In this document: piece after piece, positions 53,150-63,330 of the stretch
Layout of the letters: every line of letters starts with the position of its first letter
Numbering within the stretch: the first letter of the stretch is position 1
Assembly (NCBI GenBank): GCA_965237955.1
Contig: OZ250169.1
Span: 2,880,001-2,944,000 of the forward strand
DNA from: Candidatus Marinacidobacterales bacterium
GTDB taxonomy: Bacteria; Acidobacteriota; Vicinamibacteria; Marinacidobacterales; SMYC01
Length of the DNA: 64,000 nucleotides
Direction of reading: 5' to 3'
Notes under the pieces: model-generated
Seen by the model: the letters and a program-made list of their open reading frames with translations, nothing else
Told to the model about the DNA's origin: nothing
The model's database searches: none
Position numbers and translations under genes: made by a program

Positions 53150-54442
53150 ACAGCCGAGTTTTAGCACAGGACGCGGTCGTGGAGATCCTCGTTTATTCGA
53201 ACGAGGCGACACCAATGCCCTGGGAGGGTGACGTTGCGGCCGGCGATTCGGGTCCCCCCGTACGCGCTGGGAAACAACGTCCAGAAACGGGATGCCATGC
53301 TCTCGGACAAAAGACCTGGATCCAGATCTGAGAAAAGATGGACATCTAGGAGGCCCGGGCCGCACCTGGACCAAAACGTGCTAGGCTCGCTACGCTGCGG
53401 TGGCCCTGGCCTCGATTCTGGGCCTCTCGGGCGAGCTTTTCGGACTGCACGGCCCTGTCAGCGTCCCGCTCCCCCCTTTGGCGCAAACGTGGCACTCGAA
53501 AATCGAGATTAGAGACGAAAAGCGAAAATGAAGCCTTTTCAGCCCTTCTAGCGCGTCTCTGGTGCCACCTGATCCTGCAAAACCCCGCCAAACGCGCGGA
53601 AAATCTCACCCGTCTCTGCAGGGCCGCAATTGGCAAGACTGGGTGGCGGATGAGGCAGTCTCGAGCCATCCGGTCTCGGCAAAAGGTATTTTGGCAATTT
53701 TGGGAGTCAGGATCGAACTTCTGGCCGTGCGCGTGGTTGGGGCAATGTAGCGAAAACTCAGAGAAGCCCTGATGCCCACAGCGTTCTATCCTGTTTTTTT
53801 ACAGTGACTTAACGGAAGCAACCACGTGCTGGTCCCCGCACATCTCATCGACGGGTGCTCGTTCCGAGCCGGAATCGAATTTGCTTCAATCAAATGTCTT
53901 GTACGGCAATCTCAACCTCCTGGACGCTTGAAAGAGGGCCGTGTCGTAAACCCTCCGGAGGCGGCTCCGACCGTTACTCATTGCCGCAAAAGGCTTTACG
54001 TCTCATCAGCGAATGTTCGTCGACGGGAACATCTTTCCGGCTATCGCAGTCGGGAGGCTCGAGTGGAGCTTCCGGTTCGTGGCTGGAAACGATCAGAAAC
54101 AGAGCACAACAGGCCATTAACGTGCAGTTTGGGGCGATTTTGGGGCTTATCGGGACGTTTTTGCGCTTAATCGTGCAGACAATGAGAAGAAGCTCAACGC
54201 CTAGATCGCGCCTGAGGAGAAGGCGAATAGCGGAATTCGAATTAGCCAAACCTCGAATTCATCCAGCGGAGTTTTACGGAGGAAACGAAGATGACTCCGC
54301 AGACGGTCCAGTACAAGGAGCTATCCGAGTCTGGAAACCATGACAGGGAATTTGGGCCAGTTTAAGTCTGATTGGTGGAGGCCAGTGTCGGAGAGCAGCT
54401 TGCTGCTAACCGAGGCCATTCACGAAGTGGGCGCTGGCAGGC

Positions 54443-55877
54443 TCACAGCGTTTTGACGAGCACTCGCTGTTTCTCCCAATCGTCGGGAAGCGGATGATGC
54501 AAGAGGTAGCTCGAGGTCAGCCCAACGGGCTGGCGGCCTTCGACAATGGCGCGGACGATGTCGGGAGCCAGGAAGGCATAACGGATTGCCTTGCGCACGC
54601 GGTCCGTTGGGATGGCGTTTTCGGTGGCAATCTGCTCATAGGTTTTGCCTGCTTTGATTCGGTCGAGCCAGGAGAGGGCGTTTCTGATATTGCGCAGGAG
54701 TGTGCGGTCGACGGATTTCGTGGGGTTGCCCAGAACGAGCTTGGTCTCGACGCCGCGTCGACGCAAGCGGAACGGTGCGAGGATGCGGAGTGCATCCTCG
54801 CGAATGCGGTCAGGTCCCATAGACAGGCAATCAGCGAACGCATTGCGGTCGAGCAGGATGGACACAGAGCCGGGGCTGATATCGACCTGCCGGATAAGAC
54901 GGAGCAGGGGGGCTGCCGAGGCACTATCATCATTAGTATCGGAACACAGCCCGTCTAAAAAGCGACGCACCGAGGCGAGCTCTTGCATCGTCGGAGTGTG
55001 GATCAACGAGGCCGAGAAGGTCGTGACATCCACATGCTGTCGGATGAGATGCACGACGGTCTGTTCCAGCATCGGGGCGGGCAGTCGCCAGCCGGAGAGG
55101 TCCTTTTGACCACTGTGCTGGATGAGGCGCCGGGAGACGTAGTAGCGGAGCCGTTGCCCGTTTTTCTTTTTGGTGTGGCTCGGCGTCAGCCGGTCCCCGG
55201 TCTCGTCGAAGAGCTTGCTTGCCAGTGGGGAGGGGGCTGCGCGGCCCTTCGTCGTGCGTCTCCTTGGTTTGGCAGCCCCTGCCTGCAGCTGCGCCTGGAC
55301 CGTGTCCCAGAGTTCCGGAGCAATGATCGATGGATGCTGGCCCTCGTAGACACGCCTCTGGTGCCGGATGCGGCCGGCGTAGAGAGGATTGGTCAGCAAG
55401 CAGTGGAGGTGCCCGCGACGGAACGGCAACCCGCCTGTCCGGGTTCCATCCGCGGCGAAGCGTCGCTTGGTGCGCAGTCTCAGACGGTCCGCCTCGGCCT
55501 TCACCTGCCGGAGCGTTCCGTGCTTCCGGTACAGCGCATAGAGCGTCCGGACCGTTTCGGCCTCAGCCTCGTTGATGCGCAGCGTGCGCTCGTCCTTCTC
55601 ATAGCCGAGCGGTACGCGGCCGCCCATCCATAGTCCCTTGCGCTTGGAGGCAGCGACCTTATCGCGGATCCGCTCGGCCGTGACCTCGCGTTCGAATTGT
55701 GCGAAGGACAGCAGCATATGCAGCGTCAGTCGTCCCATGCTGGTCGCGGTGTTGAAGGACTGAGTCACCGAGACGAAAACCGCGCCGGCCGCCTCGAGCC
55801 GCTCGACGAGCTTTGCAAAGTCGGAGAGGGAACGGGTCAGCCGGTCGACCTTGTAGACCACAATCTGGTCGACGAGA
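54443..55877 (-). pseudogene. Large serine recombinase copy 2, N-terminus removed by IS5
   Basis: Close paralog of 34594-36028. Confidence 0.88.
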
Positions 55878-56962
55878 GGCGTTGTTGCACGGCCCGGAGC
55901 AAATCGCTGACCTCCCTGTGCCGGTTGCAGAGTCACCCGGCGCAGTACGTATCGGGCATCCCGAGCGCAGCCATCTTGTTGAGTATCTCGCACCCAATTC
56001 GGTGTTCAACTCGTTGCCTCGCCAACGTTCGAGCCCGCATCTCCGGCCCGATGATCGCCTTGTAACGATAGACCGCGTTCTCCACCATGCTTCGCTTGGT
56101 GTAGCCTGAGAGCTTGTACCATTCACGTCGGCCGTGTCTTTCGATTGCACGAATATGGCGATCGCGCTCCTGCATGGCGGTGTTCGAATTCTGACTGAGC
56201 GTCGCGTTTCGTTGCGGCGGAATCACCACGCGCGTCCTTCGTCCAGGACTGTGCGCTTCGATGGCTTCGTAGACCGCTTCCTTGTCGTATGCACTGTCCG
56301 CCGCCACCGACACTAGAGGTGCTTGAATCTGTGTTAGCAAAGCGGGGACTCGGGTTGCGTCGCGAGCTCGTGACGCCGTCAGTTTGGACGCAACAATGTT
56401 CCCTGTCTCGCGATCAACGGCGATGTGCAACTTGCGCCATGCGCGCTGCTTTGGCGGTTTGCGAGCGTTTCCAACATGAATCCTCAAGCCCGTGCTATCG
56501 ATCATCAGGTGGATGGGTTGAGTGCTCGCGGCTTTCGGAATCCGCAGCTTCTTGCGGAGCAACCTCGAGCGCCGACACAACGTCGAGTAGTCCGGGATCT
56601 CGATACCGAGTCCGAGAAGCGAGGCGATCGAGTGCAAGAAGCCTTCGGTTTGTCGGTAGGCGAGCTTGTACACCATCCGGACAACCAGGCCCGTTTCAAT
56701 CGCCATGTCTGAATAGACCCGTTGACCGCCAGGCTTACCGGTCTTGTCGGCCTTCCAGTTCGCGATTGCCTCCTCGTCAAACCAGACTGTCAAATCGCCC
56801 CGGCGGCGCAGCCCTTCGTTGTATTCCGCCCAGTTGCGAACGTGGTACTTCTTCTGCTTCGCGTGCTTGTACTGGCAGCGCTTGGGATACTTCATGCTCG
56901 AACATACCTCGGCCACCACCATAGGCGGATTTCGCTCTCAGCCAGAGCGGTGCAACAACGCC
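55878..56962 (-). mobile_element. IS5 (IS903 group) copy
   Basis: Same IRs as the other copies. Confidence 0.9.
55933..56922 (-). CDS. IS5 (IS903 group) transposase
   Basis: Same protein as 1936-2925. Confidence 0.9.
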   Translation of the reverse strand: MVVAEVCSSMKYPKRCQYKHAKQKKYHVRNWAEYNEGLRRRGDLTVWFDEEAIANWKADKTGKPGGQRVYSDMAIETGLVVRMVYKLAYRQTEGFLHSIASLLGLGIEIPDYSTLCRRSRLLRKKLRIPKAASTQPIHLMIDSTGLRIHVGNARKPPKQRAWRKLHIAVDRETGNIVASKLTASRARDATRVPALLTQIQAPLVSVAADSAYDKEAVYEAIEAHSPGRRTRVVIPPQRNATLSQNSNTAMQERDRHIRAIERHGRREWYKLSGYTKRSMVENAVYRYKAIIGPEMRARTLARQRVEHRIGCEILNKMAALGMPDTYCAG

Positions 56963-57141
56963 AACCTGAGTTGCGAAAAAACATCGTTCGTCGCTACTAC
57001 CAGGCCGGTCACATGGTCTATACACCTCAGTTCGAGTTGTCGAGATTCACCGAAGACGTGAAGGAATTCATCGTGAATGATGCAACGCCCGGCGCACACG
57101 CAGCACCTACGACGGCCAGCGTGGTCCGACATCGAGACTGA
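56963..57141 (+). pseudogene. S10 carboxypeptidase C-terminal fragment
   Basis: YYQAGHMVY motif. Confidence 0.55.
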
Positions 57142-57146
57142 CCGTA

Positions 57147-57480
57147 CTAGCTCTTTCGGCGGCGGAGGTAAGCGCTCGCACCCGCGGCGGTCAGGACGCA
57201 CCAGGGGGCGAAGAGCGCTCCGGGCAGTGCCGTTTGGGGGCTGAAGTGCTCGAGAGCTAGAGCCACGCCCAGGCCGGCGTTTTGCATGCCAATCTCGATG
57301 GCGAGCGTCAGCTGGTGTCGCCGGTCGAATCGGTAGAGCTTTGCAAGGTGCCAGCCCACCGTGTATCCCAAGGCGTTCACGACCACGACGAAGACCGACG
57401 GGCCCACCGTGGCAATACGGGGCTGGTTTGCGGCAACGGCGTAGGAGCAGATGACAACGATGGCCACTGCGGCAACGGCC
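57147..57480 (-). pseudogene. Bile acid:sodium symporter (BASS) C-terminal fragment
   Basis: LAIEIGMQNAGLGVALA. Confidence 0.75.
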
Positions 57481-57583
57481 GGGCATATGCGCTCGGCCGT
57501 TCGGGTATGTCGCCCCCGTCTCCTTGGAGTTGCGTACCAACATGCGCTATAACCCTCGGAGTGTAACCGTGTCGCTGTTTCGT

Positions 57584-58450
57584 TGCCTTGGTGCACAACT
57601 CCGATAGAGGCCGAGAGCTCGCTTGGCCCCGACTCCCATCATCCGATCATCTCGCTATCAGGCATCCCGAGCGCCGTCATGGTGTTGAGAATCTTGCACC
57701 CGATCCTTGCCTCGACTCTCTGTGCCGCCAACCCTCTCGCTCGCATCGCTGAGCCCACGATAGCCTTGTAGCGATGGAACGTTGTCTCGACTTTGCTCCG
57801 TTTGCTGTAGCCCGATTCTGTGTGCCACTTTCGTTTGCCGAGCCGAGCTTGTGCTGCAATGTTGCGATTGCGCTGTCGGCTGCTCGCCGGCCCCTATGCG
57901 AGCTGGGCGCCCTTGCGCGGCGGTATCAGCACCCTCGGCGAGCGATGAGCGCTGTGATTCTCGATCGCCTCATAGACGCCGCTGGCGTCGTATGCGGTGT
58001 CAGCTCTGGCCGATGAGATGGGACTGTCGATCTGTCCGACAAGCGATGCAACCCGCGATGAATCGCGGGCTCTTTTGCTCGTCAGCTCGCCGGCGACGAC
58101 TTCGCCACTCTGCTCGTCGACACACAGATGGAGCTTGCGATAGTCCCTGCTCTTTGGTGCTCTGCGCAGCTGGCCGGCGTGGGCAGCGAGACCGCTGCTG
58201 TCGATCAAGATGTGCAACGGCGTCTTCTGCTTGTCTTGGTAGAAGGGGACCTTACCCAGCTTCGCCTTGCGCCTCGAGATCGTGGTGTGATCGGGCACAT
58301 CATTGTCTAGCTTCATCAGAGCGAACAACGATCGCAGCAATCCCTCGCTCTGCCTAGATGACAGATGAAACACCATGCCCAGGGTGACAGCCGTCTCGAT
58401 GGCGTGGTTCGAGTACTTGCGTTGACGGCCCGGTTTCCTCCTCCTCGGCC
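57584..58450 (-). mobile_element. IS5/IS903-like variant, degraded and 5'-truncated
   Basis: YSNHAIET, PDHTTISRR, IDSSG, YRKLH, ADTAYD. Confidence 0.8.
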
Positions 58451-58523
58451 GGGCCCTCTGTGCCAACCTCCTTGAGACACTTCGCCCCTTGAAATTAGTG
58501 TAGAGGGCGGAGGAGGATCATGA

Positions 58524-58991
58524 ATGACTACGTTGATTGAGAGAATGACCCCGGCGGGATCGGAAGGAGCCCGTAGGGCGACTGCAGATCGCGCCGGCCG
58601 CGATGCGGCAGGGGTCCCGGATCCCGAAGTGAGTGAGCAAGCGAAGCGTCGACGCTTTACCGCAGAGTACAAGCTGCGGATAGTGCGCGAGGCCGATGCT
58701 TGCAAGGGTGACGGGGATGTTGCGGCTCTTCTGCGTCGAGAGGGACTGTACTCGTCGCATCTTTCGAGTTGGCGTCGCCAACGTGACAAGATTGCCAAGG
58801 CGGGGTTGACATCGAGGAAGCGAGGACGGAAGGCGAAGGCAGAGGATCCACGGGTCAAGGAGCTCGAGCGCGAGAACGCGCGATTGAAGCATCGCCTGGC
58901 TCGGGTGGAGACGATGCTAGAGATCCAAAAAAAAACCTCCGAACTTCTGGGGATCCCCCTGAATCCACCAGACAGCGACGAGAACGATTGA
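58524..58991 (+). CDS. IS3-family OrfA
   Basis: RRRFTAEYKLRIV..LLRREGLYSSHL..WR. Confidence 0.85.
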   Translation: MTTLIERMTPAGSEGARRATADRAGRDAAGVPDPEVSEQAKRRRFTAEYKLRIVREADACKGDGDVAALLRREGLYSSHLSSWRRQRDKIAKAGLTSRKRGRKAKAEDPRVKELERENARLKHRLARVETMLEIQKKTSELLGIPLNPPDSDEND

Positions 58992-60127
58992 TGGTGGCGG
59001 CCGAGGAGCTGGCGGGACGAATTGGACAGACGGCGGAAGCCTGCGAGGCCCTTGGAATAGCTCGCTCCACGTTGTATCGCAGGCGCCAGACGGTAACGTC
59101 CAATGCGAAACGCCGCCCTCGGTCGCACCGAGCCCTCGATGTGACCGAACGTGAGCTGGTTCTCGGTGCCTTGCACTCCGAGCGGTTCGTCGACAAGGCG
59201 CCCGCTCAGGTGTGGGCCACGCTCCTGGACGAGGGAATCTACTACTGCTCGATCCGCACGATGTATCGGATTCTGGCGGAGAACGGAGAGGTCCGAGAGC
59301 GCCGGAACCAGCTGCGACATCCGAATTATCAAAAGCCGGAGCTGCTGGCCGAAGCGCCGAACCAGGTTTGGTCGTGGGATATCACCAAGCTGCGTGGCCC
59401 CGTCAAGTGGACCTACTACTACCTCTACGTGATTCTGGACATCTTCTCCCGTTACGTGACCGGGTGGATGTTGGCTCGACGAGAAAGCGCTGAGCTCGCT
59501 CGTCGTCTCATCAGCGAGAGCTGCCGCAAACAGAACATCGAACCAGACCAGCTCACCATCCACGCCGACCGTGGCAGCTCGATGCGAAGCAAGTCCGTAG
59601 CTATGCTCCTGGCTGACCTCGGCGTTACCAAGACCCACTCCAGACCTTACGTCTCGAACGATAACCCCTACTCCGAGTCCCAGTTCAAGACTCTGAAGTA
59701 TTGCCCTCAGTTTCCGAGCCGTTTTGGTTCCATCGAAGACGGCCGGCTGTTCTGCGGCGGCTTCCTCGACTACTACAATCACGAACGCCGGCACTCGGGA
59801 ATCGGCCTCATGACACCGGCCGCCGTTCACGATGGTCTCGCGGAACAGCTCACCACTGCCCGGCGCCAAATCCTCCTCGAAGCTCATCGGGCTCATCCCG
59901 AACGCTTCGTTCGCGGAATGCCACAGCCCCCCGTTTTGCCTCCTCAGGCCTGGATCAACCCGCCGCCGGAGAAAACGACGCGCCAGGAGGCCGCCGGAGC
60001 CACTTTCTCAAGGTGGTCCACACCTGGGGTACCCCCGGATTCAGGCCAACGCGACCAGATCTCGCCGCACGCAGACGGTGACCGCCCCGGGCCCACGAGT
60101 CTTACTGCATTGATTGAGGCTCACTAA
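58988..60127 (+). CDS. IS3-family OrfB transposase
   Basis: WSWDITKL, HADRGSSM, NDNPYSESQFKTLK. Confidence 0.9.
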   Translation: MMVAAEELAGRIGQTAEACEALGIARSTLYRRRQTVTSNAKRRPRSHRALDVTERELVLGALHSERFVDKAPAQVWATLLDEGIYYCSIRTMYRILAENGEVRERRNQLRHPNYQKPELLAEAPNQVWSWDITKLRGPVKWTYYYLYVILDIFSRYVTGWMLARRESAELARRLISESCRKQNIEPDQLTIHADRGSSMRSKSVAMLLADLGVTKTHSRPYVSNDNPYSESQFKTLKYCPQFPSRFGSIEDGRLFCGGFLDYYNHERRHSGIGLMTPAAVHDGLAEQLTTARRQILLEAHRAHPERFVRGMPQPPVLPPQAWINPPPEKTTRQEAAGATFSRWSTPGVPPDSGQRDQISPHADGDRPGPTSLTALIEAH

Positions 60128-60179
60128 ATGCAGTCCGCGGGTGTCTCAAAGTTGTTGACACGTTCCGGGGGCGCGTCCC

Positions 60180-61608
60180 CGTCCTGTGCCAAAACTCGGC
60201 CTTTTTTGAAATAGGCCATAAATCAGCAGCTTAGTGTCTGTGTTTGCGACCGGGCCAAGGGCCGTGGGCTTTACAATCGTCTTGGGCGGGCGGGTCGTCA
60301 CCATGCAGATGACCACCTGGTCGAGAGCGAATATCCAAGCGTGTTCCTGAAGGCGTTTCCACGCTACGCCGGTCGAGCCCGCCGAGGGGCTACCGTCGCC
60401 GACGACAATCTACGCGGCACGGCAGTAGTAGTTGAGAATGCCCCCAAGTCGCTCTCGCGACACGATGGGGCCAGCGTCATTCGCGCTTGCCGGCAGAGGT
60501 GTGATGAGCTCGTTGCCGAGACCTTGGTGGTTCCGTTCTGTGTGATAGTGCACTACGTATTCGGTTACCGCTGTGCGCAGGTGTCGCTCACTGAGAGGTA
60601 CGAAGCGGTCGAGACACTCTCGACGTATGGAGAGAACGAATCTTTCCGCATATGCGTTCAGATTCGGACTATTAGCGGGAAGGCGAAGGGGCTTCACGCC
60701 TGAATCTCTCAACAGCCCACGTACCGCCTCGGTGAATAGCGGGTCCCGGTCGTGGATGAGGTATCGCTTGCCAAGGAGGAAACCATCCCACATGTCAGTG
60801 AGGTTTCTTGCCACCTGCTTCATCCACTCCCCGTTGGGGTCCGACGTTATCCCACCGATGCACACGCAGCGAGTGGCGATATCGATGACAAACAGGACAT
60901 GGTAGCGGACGAGCCCGAACGGGTTCACAACCTCGACGGTGAACAGGTCTGTCGCAGCGATGGCGCCCCAATGAGCCTTGATGAAGGTGCTCCACGACAT
61001 GCTCCTGCCCCGCTCCGGCGCAGGCGCGATACCGTGCTCGGCGAGGACCCTCTTGATAGTGTTGCGTCCGAGTTCATGTCCGAGGTTCTTGAGTGCGTCT
61101 CGCAGGCGCGTATATCCCCACGTCGGGTTCTCCTGCGCCACGCGCACAATGAGCTCACGGATGTCCTTCGCCGTCGGAGGTCGGCCTGGGCTCCGGTTCT
61201 TGCTGCCATCGTACTTGGCTGCGATGAGACAGCGGTACCAACGCAGAAGCGTAGCGGGTGTGGCAACGGACGCAATCTGGGCCAGCGCCTCGCGGCCCAA
61301 AGCCTGGGCCTTGACCGCGAGCCTGCGCCGCTCGTCGTCCGAGAGCCTGAGACGCTTGCCCCGAAGCCCGGCTCGGAGCACACGGTTCTCCTCTTGCAGG
61401 TAGTCGATCACATCCTGCTGCTGGCGGTTGACCCAGCCAGCTAGAACGAGCAGTAGGAATTGCACGTGGTACGTCATCATGGAGCTGAAGATAACACCCT
61501 CGGGCCAGACGATTGTAAAGCCTACGGCCCTTGGCCCCGGCGCAAACACAGACACTAAGCTGCTGATTTATGGCCTATTTCAAAAGGGCCGAGTTTTGGC
61601 ACAGGACG
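60180..61608 (-). mobile_element. Complete rve-integrase element with ~102-bp TIRs
   Basis: TIRs at 60180-60282 and 61507-61608. Confidence 0.92.
60410..61480 (-). CDS. HTH + rve integrase-core (DDE) transposase
   Basis: ENPTWGY HTH; [21 protein letters not shown] motifs. Confidence 0.9.
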   Translation of the reverse strand: MMTYHVQFLLLVLAGWVNRQQQDVIDYLQEENRVLRAGLRGKRLRLSDDERRRLAVKAQALGREALAQIASVATPATLLRWYRCLIAAKYDGSKNRSPGRPPTAKDIRELIVRVAQENPTWGYTRLRDALKNLGHELGRNTIKRVLAEHGIAPAPERGRSMSWSTFIKAHWGAIAATDLFTVEVVNPFGLVRYHVLFVIDIATRCVCIGGITSDPNGEWMKQVARNLTDMWDGFLLGKRYLIHDRDPLFTEAVRGLLRDSGVKPLRLPANSPNLNAYAERFVLSIRRECLDRFVPLSERHLRTAVTEYVVHYHTERNHQGLGNELITPLPASANDAGPIVSRERLGGILNYYCRAA

Positions 61609-61853
61609 GGTTCCCAGACCCAATATCTCGGAGCCCACACCCAGATGTTTTCACGTCGAAGTAGCAGCGCTGCGATGTGACTTGAAGTTGAATTCCGACC
61701 GCTTATTGGTGTATAAGATTTACGTCTACAAGTCGCCCTCCCCCTACTCGTGAGGAGGCACGCTATACCTGATTTCTCGGTTGCCTAACTGAACGCCCGT
61801 ACGGGGATCGCGTCCAACGCCACGCCGAAGGTGCGAGACAAGGAGGCCAGTTT

Positions 61854-62288
61854 ATGAAGCTGCTCAAGATCGCCCGGACTCCGGCGGTGACGATCGGAAC
61901 CGAGTCCACGGTCCGACACGCCGTGGAAACAATGGTTGACTGCGGTGCCGGCGCAGTCGTGGTGGTGGAGAACCAATCGGCGAAGGGCATCTTCACCGCT
62001 AGCGATCTCCTGAAGCGTGTGGTGGCCAAAGGAAGCCACTTGGATGAGACCCCAATCCGCGACGTGATGACCTCGCCGCCCATCGTTGCTGCCAGCAACA
62101 TCCATCATCGCGAGGCTCTCGCGATGATGACGAGCAACCACATTCGCCATCTTCCCATCATCGACCGCGGGGGGAACGTCGCCGGGATGCTATCGACGCG
62201 ACACTTGTTGAGGAACATGGTCGACGACCTGTCGCAGGAGCTCCACTCGCTCGACGCCTACTTCTCTGCCGACGGCATCGGCGGATGA
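61854..62288 (+). CDS. CBS-domain pair protein
   Basis: GAVVVV..GIFTASD, VMTSPP, IRHLPII; ends ADGIGG. Confidence 0.85.
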   Translation: MKLLKIARTPAVTIGTESTVRHAVETMVDCGAGAVVVVENQSAKGIFTASDLLKRVVAKGSHLDETPIRDVMTSPPIVAASNIHHREALAMMTSNHIRHLPIIDRGGNVAGMLSTRHLLRNMVDDLSQELHSLDAYFSADGIGG

Positions 62289-62382
62289 TCCCGACTCGTG
62301 CTCGGGCCCCGTCACCAATACCATTCCGTACGGCTCGCGGATGAAACGGCGGATGCGTTTGACCTCACTGTCCGAGACACCC

Positions 62383-62608
62383 CGTCCTGTGCCAAAACTC
62401 GGCCCTTTTGAAATAGACCATAAATCAGCAGCTTAGTGTCTGTGTTTGCGACCGGGCCAAGGGCCGTAGGCTTTACAATCGTCTGGCCCGAGGGTGTTAT
62501 CTTCAGATCCATGATGACGTACCACGCGCAATTCCTACTGCTCGTTCTAGCTGGCTGGGTCAACCGCCAGCAGCAGGATGTGATCGACTACCAGCAAGAG
62601 GAGAACCG
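62383..62608 (+). mobile_element. rve-integrase element 5' end, cut by another end at 62609
   Basis: TIR plus [14 protein letters not shown]. Confidence 0.88.
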
Positions 62609-62779
62609 CGTCCTGTGCCAAAACTCAGCCCTCTTGAAATAGACCACAAATCAGCAGCTTAGACGCCCTTGGAATCCGCCGACCCTTGGGCTGCGGGGCG
62701 AGCTGCGGGCAGCGGACTGCGCACCCGGAAGCCCCTCATTAGACTGGACTTTATCGAGCACAAGAGCGAACGTTCGGTG

Positions 62780-63167
62780 ATGCCGCAGAATACAGGGGTT
62801 GGCCGGAACGTCGTTTTGGACGGTTTGGACTTCGCCAGCTTACAGCGGGTCTGGGAGCAGGCCTTCGGGGCTGCTCCCCCACGCTCGCTCTCTCGCGTTT
62901 TCATGCGCTGCGTTCTTGCGTACGAACGCCAGTGCCGGACCCATGGCTGGCATTCGGCCGCAACCCGGCGCGCTCTGGCCGCCATGGCGAACGGGACGCC
63001 AGGCAACGGCGGCGCCGCTCCCGCAGGGTCCGTTTCTGCCGGCACCCATCTCGTCCGCGAGTGGAATGGCCGGACCTACCAGGTCGAGGTAATCGACAAC
63101 GGCTATCGGTTCGATGGCAAAACCTATCCGTCCCTCACTACCATCGCAAAGCGAATCACCGGCACCC
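62780..63167 (+). pseudogene. DUF2924 protein, 3'-truncated
   Basis: Paralog of 36258-36689, cut after RITGT. Confidence 0.85.
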
Positions 63168-63330
63168 CGTCCTGTGCCAAAACTCGGCCCTTTTGAAAAA
63201 CCATGTCTGTAATTTAATGCACCGTAAAGTCTTAGTGTCATTTTACCAACACTTAATGGCGGAAGCACCCATGAGGTCTGTGTGAGCGGCAGGGCTGCCC
63301 GATCGAACAACGGCTGCCTGACCAACAGTA
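63168..63330. mobile_element. Variant CGTCC end
   Basis: Reverse complement of 50718-50881. Confidence 0.8.

Larger units (their letters stand above)
58459..60167 (+). mobile_element. IS3-family element (boundaries approximate)
   Basis: IR cores ...TTGAGACAC / GTGTCTCAA... Confidence 0.8.

Noticed and set aside
58316-59896. 526-aa minus-strand ORF
   Set aside because: Antisense shadow of the IS3 orfA/orfB
501-63200. CGTCC repeats as integron attC sites or CRISPR repeats
   Set aside because: They occur in both orientations, cut inside genes and are the TIRs of 60180-61608; no tyrosine integrase or cas gene is seen
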